Shown here in pieces: positions 26,255 to 37,970 of a stretch of DNA of 64,000 nt; position 1 is the stretch's first letter, and each line of letters starts with the position of its first letter. Under the pieces are notes generated by a model that saw only the letters and a list, made by a program, of their open reading frames with translations, was not told the DNA's origin and ran no database searches. The stretch comes from Chrysomallon squamiferum (Eukaryota > Animalia > Mollusca): contig CM022671.1 of the NCBI GenBank assembly GCA_012295275.1, positions 36,394,001 to 36,458,000 on the forward strand. The letters are read 5' to 3'. The position numbers and the translations under genes were made by a program.

Positions 26255-27020
26255 AAACACACTGACAGTTTTACAGCAAACTATAATTTTACAAAAGTAA
26301 CCGCTGCTAGAATATATAAAAGTATAAAAACTCGTCAGCTCTGTCTGTTTTTATCTCTTCTGCTTACTACATTCTCCGCTGTTACTTTTTGGGTGTTTGT
26401 AGCGGATAGTGGGTGTGACAAAACTTGCTCAGTAGATGGAAATCACGACAGGTTTTTTTTTAGTTTGAAAGCACTGTGTAAAACAGGGTGTGTGTGTGTT
26501 TTAAAATAATTGTACATGCGTCCATGTGGGTTTGAAAGTGTGTGAAAGAAACAAGTTAAAAGTGAATATTAATGTTGTATTTTCCTTGACATGCAGTGAT
26601 CAGTTTCACTGTCGGAGTTGGATTTAATGCGCTTGCCGCCCATAGGCTAAAGAAATTTTACCTCCCCCTCGTCAACACTCCTCACCCTTCCCACTTAGTT
26701 TATATAACATGAATGGTTATAACTTATGATCTAGTTGAAAGCAAAAACATGGTTTTACATTTACATAATGATTTATTTATAAATCAAATGTGGAATTACG
26801 AATTTACGCAAAAACTGCCGCCCTAGGCTCTAGCCTAGAAAGCCTGTCTGGGAAAACCGGCCCTGATCACTGTAATTACGATGGTAAATTAATATTTAGT
26901 TTTTCAACTAATATGTGTCGTAGAACGATTAGTTCGTACAAATTACCTTTCTCGTAATATACTCTTGGCGAGACGATAATCTTCGATGGCCCTGCGTGCC
27001 AAGGGAATTCACATTCTCTA
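26255..27020 (+). pseudogene. Relic of a further CS-alpha-beta peptide gene (promoter plus 5' third of exon 3)
   Basis: Promoter module with TATA at ~26324; exons 1-2 are absent. From 26965 it reads GETIIFDGPAC (compare GDTTLKDGPPC, GETKVKHGPEC). The acceptor AG is lost and the remaining Cys are missing. Confidence 0.7.
26613..26865. mobile_element. Putative hAT-type MITE (~253 bp)
   Basis: Flanked by an 8-bp near-direct repeat (ttcactgt / atcactgt). Right end is AAAACCGGCCCTG; left end is the degenerate inverse CGGAGTTGGATTT. Confidence 0.5.
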
Positions 27021-27699
27021 GGGCTCAGGGCTTTTTTATGGAGAGGTGCTAAGGACTCTTATATCGCTTTTGTAACTGTTTAGTTAAAATGAAAAGTCTT
27101 TGAAAAAGTTACTGAGAATGTAATATATTCACGTTTCTTTGGTTCCTGAGGGGGGAGGGAGGGAGGGAGTGAGTGAGGGATGGGGGGGGCGATGCAACAA
27201 TTTACTTTTATAATTTGTACCATTTATTACTTGTATAATTAGTAAAACTACAGTTTGTTATAAAACTGTCATTGTGTTTAGGAAACTGCTGAGAGATAAA
27301 TGAAAAAACATTTTACACTCAGTGTTACCTATTTAGAAGAAAAAAAAACCCAGTGGAAATATTATATATATATTTAAATGTATTTTAAAATATGTAGTAC
27401 GCGGAATGTAATGCAGTAGATTATCATAAACTTAACAATAAAAAAATATTGGTGTGTTTTACACATATTTATCTATTTTAGCTAGTTTACATACTGGAAA
27501 CATGATAGATGTTATCAATACTAGGACTGTGCAGGATTTTAATGAAGTAAACGAAACAGTTTATATACAACATTAAAAGTGACTAACTGAGAAATGAAAA
27601 ACAAATAATGGAACTAACTAATGCATACGTCAGGTTAAGAAATGAGTAAAGTGACTAATAGTTGTGTAGCTGAGGGTAAGAAAAAGTGACCAACATACG

Positions 27700-28930
27700 A
27701 CATGTTAATGTCACAGAAATAACATCGATACAGTTTATATGTCGTTAGTTAAGATATTTAATGTAGTGGAAACATGGATTCAGTGGATATTGGTTAAATG
27801 ATATTTATTCACTTTCTGATATTTAATAATAGGGACATAATTTGCCTCATGGGTATATTATATGTTAATGAAATACCACGGATACAATTTGTGTTAAATG
27901 ACATGGATACATTTTATGCTAATTAAATAACCGCGATACAGTTTGTTAGATCAGTGATATAAATGCAGTTTATGTCAGTTAAATAACATAGAGCTGTTTA
28001 CGTTTGTTAAATAACATGGATAGAGTTTATGTCAGTTATTCAGCAAAATTATCTGGTGCCGGCGATGTGTTTGTGACTGGCATGTTCTACATGGAAGAGA
28101 GTGGCAAGTCAGTGTCTGTTCTTATTTTGACAGTGTATAATGTATAACTAACCTGTGTCAGTGACAATTCTTATAGATACATTTTAAATTGTTTAATCTG
28201 GCTTTCATCTGGATTCTTATATTTATTTATTTATTTATTTATTTATTTATTATTTTATTTTTTGGGGGTGGAATTCCCTGTGATATTAACTCACACTGCA
28301 GCACTGAAATTGTAAATAAAACTATTCAAATATTTGTATTATAAATTGTTGTATCGCTTATGATTATCTGGCTCGTAATTAAATAGTAGATATACCGTAA
28401 CTCGTGCTTATTCCTCATGTGGGGAGATAGAACTGTTCCTTTATACACACTGGTGTCAAATTAGTTTTCAAATTCCTTGTCAGGTGGGTACAAAACGTGA
28501 TTAACTGTCAAACTGAATCCTGGTAAAACACTCCACACGACACAGTTAATAACAGGGATGCGATTTATGTTAGTTAAACGGCATGTATACAGTTTATGTT
28601 AGTTATATAATATGTATACAGTTTATGCTCATTAAATAGCAAGGATACATTCAATGCTGGTTAAGTAACATCGATATAATTTATGTTAGTAATTAACGTG
28701 AATACAGTTTAGTCATATAATGTGTATACAGTTTATATTAGTTATATAATTTGTTAGTAAATAAGTGGATAGTTAAATAATGTGTATAGTTTGTTAGTTA
28801 AATAACATGGATACAGTATACGTATGTTAAATAAAAAGGAGACAGTTTATGTTAGTAAATACCGTGGATACAGTTTGTTAAATAATATCAGTACAGTATA
28901 TGTTAGTTATATAACAAGCTAACAGTTGAT
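27700..28930. repeat. Degenerate ~30-bp minisatellite (GTTAAATAACATGGATACAGTTTATGTTA-like) in two blocks
   Basis: Direct reading; duplicated at ~38630-39830. Confidence 0.7.
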
Positions 28931-29387
28931 GGTAGGTTAAACCCTTTGGACGATAGTTGGAAAAGTTTAATTTTTGAGAAGATTATAAACATTCTTACCT
29001 CATACCATACCTTTTTAATTTTTTTTTTTCAATTCAAGGTAATTTGTTTTGACTATTATTATTTGTTTTAATACATAGTATATTTATACATAGTATACTG
29101 TAGTTGTATACACAATCGTACGTAAATACATACAAACGAACTTACTCAAGTACACACATATATATTGGTTTAACGGACATTAATTTTTGTTTCTATATGA
29201 TGTTAATCAAATGGAAACTTCGATACAACATTTGTCTGCACGTATGCTCTCTCTCACGTACAAATAAAATTGTAATTGTCATTATATATTATTCTTAATG
29301 CTTTTGCTGTCACTCAGGAAACAAACTGCGCATGTCCATCATTGTCTACCACTAAGTCAAATTTAGATTTCTGAAAAACGTTTATCT

Positions 29388-29434
<47 letters not shown>

Positions 29435-30956
29435 TAATAAATAAATAAATAAATAAATAAAGCTATTTTGTTGGTTACAAATTTGATCGATAGGAACCAA
29501 ATATTCACTAATTTTCTACCAAATATATTTGACTGCTTTTCAAGAGATATTAAAAAAGAAGAAAAAGAAAAGAAACATAAAATACAATAAAGACTACACA
29601 ACACAGTATAAAATATATTTGTATGTGATATATATGTATATGTATATATATACACAATAAAATGTGTAACACACAGAATATAATGATAACACACAGAATA
29701 TAATGATCACAAACTTAACAATGAATAAGGTTAGTGTATTTTACATAGTTCTCTGTTTTACATATTTTTCATACAGGCAACACAACAGCTGTTTTCCAGT
29801 GTTTGGACTATACCACAATTTAATAAACTTAATAAATAACATAATTTTTAAAACTGTGTTACAAGGAATAATACTGAAATAAGAAATAAGTAAAATAACT
29901 AACATACGTATAGCACAGGGTAAAAAATAAGTAAAGTGACTAACATATGGATAGCTGAGGATAAAAATACACTGAATAAAAACGAGTATTCGCACCAAGC
30001 TAGAGTTATCTGCCTTTCTACATTATGAAACAAAGTCACGCACTAAGCACTCGTTTAACTAAGAAAATAGTTCTTCATGGCAGAGTGGGGCACATTTAAC
30101 CGACGACTTTTACCAATAAATCTACACAGACTGCACTTCCTGTCTTTGCAGTATTGTTTCCACATGTACACATTTCTCCCTGCCAGAAATCTCCCAAGTT
30201 GTCTTTGCTTCACAACAGGAACAAATATGCGGATAAAACACACTATTCACAGAAATGCTACTAGAATTGATTTACATCCTTTAAGATTAATAAAATAAAT
30301 ACTGTGGAATGAAAATACTTCCGGGGAATGGTAATATTCCTACAGCAAAACGAAACACAGAAAGTGGATTTTATCCAGTGAGAAGTTGAGAGTAAACTGT
30401 GAACACATTAATTGAATAACATGATTATTCAAATACATCTTACAATATTCAACAGTTGACCTATATCACTTTTTACACTTCATTAATTTCTCACACAGAC
30501 AAACAAATCACAACTTAGTTTACAAGTAAAACCTTAAAAAGGTCTCTCTTCAAATACAACTTCACAATGTTTTCACTTTACAAAAATAAAAAATATAATA
30601 AAAAAATTTATAATAATAAAAAAAAATATGTATAATATAAAATAAAATAAAATAAAATATTTTTTAAATAAATAAAAATTACAATTTTCTCCCTTCACTA
30701 ATGAAACTTTACAATAATCTGACTTTGAACAGGAAAGTTTACCAAATGCATATTAGTTTCCTCTAACCAAATATTATAAACACTGCAGTTTGTTCACACT
30801 TAAATACTGACTACATGTTAAACAGAGAGCAAAATAAGACAATTTTAAATTCAAAATAAAAACACTGTGAATATATTTAAATTAATCTTTTGTTTTGGTT
30901 TCGTTCTGTTGCAGATTGTAATCACTAGATTACTTATCTTGAACATATGTATGTTG

Positions 30957-30997
<41 letters not shown>

Positions 30998-31567
30998 CAT
31001 GATAATCATGATGATGATGACAATGACAATACGAATAATGAAAACAAAGTTAGAAATATTTCTTAGAAATATATTTCTGAAAATAGGAGTAAACTATACA
31101 ACGAATGCACAGAATGTTTAACATCAAAACAAAATGTGTATGCACTCATTCAGAAAAGAAAGAAAGACGATACCATTGCACTTGATAAATGTAACTGCAT
31201 GTTTTACATGTAAACAGAGGCTCTAGGTTTGGAATGAAATAAAACATTTTTCACTTGCTACTCATGTATTAATGGTTCTATTAAATGTGTTTGTTTTCTG
31301 AAAGAGGCTATCTGTTGCATCAAAGATTTGATTAAACCAGGCAGTAAGCAGGATTAACTGAGAGGTGTTCTTTCTTAACTGTGTCTTGCAGCAACAGCAA
31401 ATTACAAATCTTATAATAACATTTATATAACATTTATATATTTACTTTTACAGATGTTACAGTTGTTAGTAAAATTAATGGTAGCAGATAATAAAATAAC
31501 AGTCTGGATACACAAACACAAAGTGAATAATGAGCTGTATTAGCTGAAATAATAAAACTTGTTTTAT

Positions 31568-31778
31568 TTATATTTTCGGAGCACTTTTGTCCACAGTGGT
31601 TGTCTTTTTCAGTGTTTGTTTGCTGAAACTTGAAATTGATCCAAGCAAAGCTCCTCGACTCTCCACTCCTACTGGAGGGCTGGTTGCATTAGGAGGGGGT
31701 GGAGGAGGCGGTACACATCCAAGCGGAGGGGGTGGAGGAGGCGGTACACATCCAGACGGAGGGGGTGGTGCTGGAACT
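31568..31778 (-). pseudogene. Orphan duplicate of the PXK last exon (poly-Pro + WH2), with its 3'UTR extending leftwards
   Basis: Matches 42546-42723 apart from an extra 33-bp tandem unit. It is truncated at the duplication junction, so the native acceptor is missing. Confidence 0.85.
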
Positions 31779-31786
31779 CAGACATT

Positions 31787-32474
31787 CTCAGACATTCCTC
31801 GGTAAAGTTAATTTTTAATTTTAAATATACAGTGAAACCTTCCTAAAATCAAAACCAGACACAGTATTTTAATTTTTGTTTTTTTATTATTTACAATTTA
31901 TTAGAATAACATAATAATAATACAAATAATTGTATACAAACTTAAACTTCCCTCCTCCAGCCCCCCAAAATGAAAGAAAATAGAAAAATATTAATACCTA
32001 ATGTTAAAAAAAAAAACTACATTACATTCTGCAATATCAACTAACAACTGAATTAGAACATTTTAATTTTTAAATATTTTAGTTAAATCAAACTGTAGAC
32101 CATGTTAATATTTAATTATTTTAGCTAGTAGTACATATTATTATTTAATTATTTTAAATTGTAGAACCAGCACATATTAATATTTAAGTATTTTAGATAA
32201 TACAAACTGTAGACTTAGTGCTATTGATATTTAAGTATTTTAGATAATACAAACTGTAAAACTCGTACATATAACAATTTAATAATGTGAACTGTAGGAC
32301 TGATACATATTTAATTATTTCAGGGGTTCGTGGTCTGATGGTCTAGATCAGAGAGGAAAGGCAAAGACTGGGGTGGATGTTACAGTCTCTGGTCCCCTTT
32401 TCCAACAGCGTCCCTACCCCAGTCCTGGGGACGTGTTACGTGCAAACAGAGAAATGTCAGAAAAAAAGACATAA
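31787..32474 (+). pseudogene. Orphan duplicate of the PQBP1 3' end (end of exon 6, intron 6, intact last exon 32324-32474)
   Basis: The last exon encodes the same GSWSDGL...[21 protein letters not shown], with only two synonymous changes (TCC>TCT, CAG>CAA). Confidence 0.85.
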
Positions 32475-33587
32475 TTAAAAAAAACAAAAAACTTTTTGCT
32501 TGAGAAAAGAAAGAGTATGCTGAGTTGGGTTGTTTCTTAACTATATTTTACAGGTTTACTCTGAGTTGATTGTTATTTTAATTCATTTACTTTTACGTTT
32601 GTCAGATATTTTTCACAAGATTATTTACTAATTTACCTCCGCCTTTAAATAACACTGTTAACAACATACTTTAATATCTCAGCAGAAAAAGATGAAACTT
32701 GTTATTGTCATTCTGTTGGCTGCTATTAACTGATAAATGGTGTACAGTCTTTCATTTACAGAATATGTAGTGGCACTGTTGTTTCCAGAGTCGGGGCTTA
32801 CCTCCCCTTGTCATCCCTTAGTTCCTGCTCAGTTTGATTTATCATCTAGTACAGTTACCAAAACCGTCATCATATTATTGCACATTCTTCAGTTACTGAA
32901 ACATGACTAAGTTTGATACAGTATTTTTCAGCACTGTTAATTTATGGTGGCTGTTACAGTTGTGTATGTTGGTATTTCATTCTGTAGACACGGTGCACAA
33001 GGCACGTTATTTCGAGATGTTTCTGTCCTCTCAGAGCAAAGTCACTTGAGCATCACTGATCTGCTGGAGATGGCATGTTCTGTCTGTGTTTCAACAAAAC
33101 CATTTGTTTTATTTTTCACGAATTATTATTATTATTATTTTATATGTAAATAAAACTCGTATGAATCAACATCTCAGATATGTAAAATATTTTCCCATTT
33201 GTTGTTGTTCTTGCATAATTAATGTATTCCTCATTTATAATAAAAGTTGACAGCTATATCAGATTAATAAAAAGGAAAAGAAGAAGATAATTCTTTCAAT
33301 GTACTTTAAAGAATGTTCTTATTGTATTAGTTAATATAATACTAAAATCACTATGTATAATTTAATATTAAAAACAAAAATAAAAGAAAATGTAAATCAA
33401 TGTATTAGTAGGACTATTCAGTTAGCAGAATGAGAAAAGAATAATGTAAGAAATGATATTCATGTTAATGAAAGTAAGAAATGATACATTATAAACTATA
33501 ATTTGATGTCAATCTGTCATTGTTATTAAAAATCTGCTCACAGGAAGAGATAAAATATTCATAGGGTACATTATTTGTTCATATATA

Positions 33588-34314
33588 CAGTGGTACTTGA
33601 CTTACAAATTTAATTCTTTCCGTGACTGAGCTACTATCTGAGTTTGCTCGTAAATCAAATCAATTTTCGCAACTAAAATTAATTGAAATAACATTAATCC
33701 GCTCCAACCTCCCGAAAACCACCCCATTTATTATTTATTTTTATTATTTATTTTTATTATTAACGTGTTTTAAATAAGAAAAATGTATTTAGAAATGACA
33801 AATACTGCATGAAAACGAACAAAAGAAATATATTCGTTTTGTATGTATCTTGGAGATCAGACAAATTATTGTAACTCCTTCAGCTTCAGTATGGTACATA
33901 CCATAAAAATACTACGCTCGTACTGACCAGCCAAGTTAACTACATGCAGTCCTCGCTCATGTTTATCTATGAATTCAAACTTTAGTTCAATGGACATCAT
34001 CCACTTCTTCTCAGCACTGTTCTTTGCACTCACTTTCTTAGGATCCATGGAAATTCATCAAATTACTGCATAAAACGCGAGCACAACACAACACTGATGC
34101 TTTTGCGGCGAAGTAACCACATGAAGTAAACGAGGGAGACGCGGGATGCTGGTCGGATGTTGTGTTGTTCGTTGAGCCAACTAGCTGCGGCATATCTTAG
34201 GCTCGCTTGTAACTCGGAATTTGGCTCGCAACCCAAAGCAAAGAATCGACTGGGCTACTGCTCGTAACTCGATAAACTCGTAAGTTGGGACACTCGTAAG
34301 TGGATGTACCACTG
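33588..34314 (-). mobile_element. Second copy of the deleted Tigger-type element, carried by the segmental duplication
   Basis: Same TIRs, TA target site and flanks as 15564-16284; HTH ORF at 33866-34048. Confidence 0.85.
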
Positions 34315-34549
34315 TATGTGTGTGTGTGTGTTTATAATTTCATTTATTAGAAAAAACCCGACAACAACATGGTTATGTGTAAGATGAATTCCACTACATT
34401 TGACTAAAAACTGTATAAAGATTAGATAAGAACATGTTTAACAGTGCGGAAACATCAACTACGACAACTACCAATGACTGAACTTTTTATTTCTGTGAAA
34501 AAGTCGACAGTTTTCTTTTATTTCACTTTTTTAATTATGGTGTTATTTT

Positions 34550-35539
34550 CTACTGTTTGGGAGGCCAGCGAGAGAATGGGTAGTCTGAAATTAAAATATT
34601 CAAATAATATACATTAAACAAAATAGTGAATACTTTTGGATATACTAAAAACAGTTTAACACATTTTGATATATTAACAAATGTAGCTCATTCAGAAATA
34701 ATATAACTGTTTTGTTAATACAGAAATGCAAAAAATCGTTGGCGACTTTTTCAGACATGACGTAATGACGTCACTAACAAACCGAAGTGCTTCCTTAGAA
34801 ACCAGTGATGTGTCTGATCACGTCTTTTCTCTCGTAAATTTGACAACTGATTCATGCGATGTTGTTATTTACTATCCCTTGTTGTTATTTAATCAAACAA
34901 TAACACTTCATATTACTTTTACTCGTTGAATACGAAAATATGTATCTAAATTTTCTGTTGAGAATTGTATAATAAATGTTGATACCTAAATCTCTTTCAC
35001 TTTATCTTTCTGTCATTGTTTCAAAAAGAGTGTCTGTGATTTAATGTTTTTCTGAGAGTTTGTGACACAAACTTTTACACTTACCCGGTACCAGACACTT
35101 GCATGTGTTCGTATCGCTGTCGCAGTAGCCAAGTATTGCATTGTATTTATTTTTGCACTGAGATGAACAGAAGCTAGCATCATCCTGATCACCGCACGGA
35201 GGGCCATCCTTGAGTGTCGTGTCCCCAGCTGAATATTACAAGACAAGTTTTTATTGTATAAACTAATCGTTGCTGCGGTCATTTTAGTTCAAACGTGAAA
35301 TATCAATTTATCCGCTTCTAGTAGAAATAAACGACAATGTCGTGTAAAATGGAACATTAACATTTATTTTTGATTTCTTTCTTTGCTGCAAACACAGAGA
35401 ATCATACGTTTCTTTTATAACAAGCTTGCTCACCTATATTTCAGGGTTTATAAAGTAAACCGGTGCTATCTCAATCAACTGAGATTAAACTAAGAAAACC
35501 CTCAACCTAAAACCCATCTACCAAAAAAAGAAAACCGCC

Positions 35540-35605
<66 letters not shown>

Positions 35606-35838
35606 TATCCTCGGCCTCTTACCAGCTTTGCGCGAGTCTGTATACATGCAAATCAAACTTGGAACATGCTCAAGAAATCAATTCGAGATATTAAAATCTT
35701 AATGTAATATAAACTTTTAATATTAAGCTTGATAAATTTCGTTTCGAATTATTGGTACGTACATATTTTACAACTACTGCGATACTTACACTGAACAAAG
35801 TAGAAAACCAGGAACGTTAGGAGAAGTTTACCAGTCAT
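34550..35838 (-). CDS. Secreted 6-Cys CS-alpha-beta defensin/toxin-like peptide, gene 4 (80 aa; recent paralog of gene 1)
   Basis: Exons 35838-35790, 35637-35623, 35228-35085 and 34584-34550: MTGKLLLTFLVFYFVQYSRKA-AGDTTLKDGPPCGDQDDASFCSSQCKNKYNAILGYCDSDTNTCKCLVPDYPFSRWPPKQ*. Confidence 0.85.
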
Positions 35839-37214
35839 CTTGACGCAGTGAAACCAATAGTGATGCGACTGGAGAATGTAGTAAGCAGAAGAGATAAAAA
35901 CAGACAGAATAGACGAGTTTTTATACTTTTAGATCTTCTACCAGCTGTTACTTGTGTGATTAGTAAATCTACAGTTTGTTTTAAAACTGTCATTGTGTTT
36001 AGGAAACTGCTGAGAGATAAATGAAAAAGATTTTATAGATAGACCTTTACTTATTTATTAAACAAATTTCCTATTCAAATTTTAATGAAAATAATAAATA
36101 AATTTTAAAATGTACAGAAAGAAATATGCTTTTTTGTGAGTGTTAATTTTTTTATGTGAAATCCAAATAAAAACAAAAATGTTATAGATGGAATATTAAT
36201 TATTTACTAAATAAACCTGCTATTTAAATTAAAAACAAACAAACAAAAAACACATAAATTTTAAAAGGTAAATAAAGAAATATGCTGTCTTTGTCAGTGT
36301 TAATTCTTTATGTGAAATCCAAAGAAATAAAAAACAGTATTGTAGATGGAATATTAATTATTTACTAAATAAACCTCCCGTTTAAATAAATAATGTTTTG
36401 AATTTCCTGATGATAAAAATTATGTATATATATAAAATATTGACCTCAGGTAGACTAAAAGAAATACATTAAAAGAAGTATACCAAAGACTGTGTTCACT
36501 AAATGAGGTATATCAAAGACTGTGGTACATTAAAAAAAGTATATCAAAGACCGTGGTATATTAAAAGAGATATATATAAAAAAAACTGTAGTATATAAAA
36601 AAATGTGGTTTATTAATAGAAGTATTACAAAAAATGTAGTATATTAAAAGAAGTATAACAAAAACTGTGGTACTGTGTCAGATATATAAATGACATATAA
36701 ACATTAATATACATTAGTTCTACAGTTTGTATTACCTAAAACAATTAAAGTTATTTATTTATTTATTTATTTTCAACTACTGTGTAAGATATATAAATGT
36801 GAGTGGGAGACCGGCAAGTCGTGTTTCCTGAAAGACTCGGCAGACGTGAGAACAACACATAAAACGTAATCGTTATCATTCTAGTTGTACGTTTATGAAA
36901 TTTTTTTCTTTATCAAGCATAACCCACGAATTAATTAAAATAGTTCTAGTAGCGTCCATTTGTTTCTATTCATTTTACATAAAAAATATTTTTGAAAACA
37001 GTTACCGAAAATTATGTAATAATTTATTTCATTTCTTGCATATTGTCTTTCGTTCGACGTCCTGCCTATAATGTAATTAACATTCATTCAGTAATAAGTC
37101 AAATTAATAAGCAAATAAAAAGAACACCTATATTACGTTTTCGGGATTTTGTTTTTCTCATAAATAAATAATATTCTGTCCGTAAAATGTCTGTTTTTTT
37201 TCTCAAAAAAGATT

Positions 37215-37970
37215 CCTAAACACACTGACAGTTTTACAGCAAACAATAATTTTACAAAAGTAACAGCTGCTAGAAGATCTAAAAGTATAAAAACTCGTCA
37301 GCTCTGTCTGTTTTTATCTCTTCTGCTTACTACATTCTCCGCTGTTACTTTTTGGGTGTTTGTGTGACAAAACTTGCTCAGTAGATGGAAATCACGACAG
37401 TTTTTTTTTTTAGTTTGAAAGCACTGTGTAAAACAGGGTGTGTGTGTGTTTTAAAATAATTGTACATGCGTCCATGTGGGTTTGAAAGTGTGTGAAAGAA
37501 ACAAGTTAAAAGTGAATATTAATGTTGTATTTTCCTTGACATGCAGTGATCAGTTTCACTGTCGGAGTTGGATTTAATGCGCTTGCCGCCCATAGGCTAA
37601 AGAAATTTTACCTCCCCCTCGTCAACACTCCTCACCCTTCCCACTTAGTTTATATAACATGAATGGTTATAACTTATGATCTAGTTGAAAGCAAAAACAT
37701 GGTTTTACATTTACATAATGATTTATTTATAAATCAAATGTGGAATTACGAATTTATGTAAACTGCCGCCCTAGGCTCTAGCCTAGAAAGCCTGTCTGGG
37801 AAAACCGGCCCTGATCACTGTAATTACGATGGTAAATTAATATTTAGTTTTTCAACTAATATGTGTCGTAGAACGATTAGTTCGTACAAATTACCTTTCT
37901 CGTAATATACTCTTGGCGAGACGATAATCTTCGATGGCCCTGCGTGCCAAGGGAATTCACATTCTCTAGG
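37215..37970 (+). pseudogene. Duplicate of the peptide-gene relic (promoter + GETIIFDGPAC), including the MITE at 37563-37813
   Basis: Near-identical to 26255-27020; the exon-3 remnant starts at 37913. Confidence 0.7.

Noticed and set aside
30055-30298. Short ORFs duplicated at 41011-41254
   Set aside because: They lie in the presumed PXK 3'UTR/downstream region; their conservation simply reflects the recent segmental duplication.
31587-31805. Gly-rich ORF ending in SDIPR, as a possible PXK-PQBP1 fusion protein
   Set aside because: It is the antisense of the PXK poly-Pro exon running into PQBP1 exon 6, starts at a non-ATG codon and has no visible promoter.
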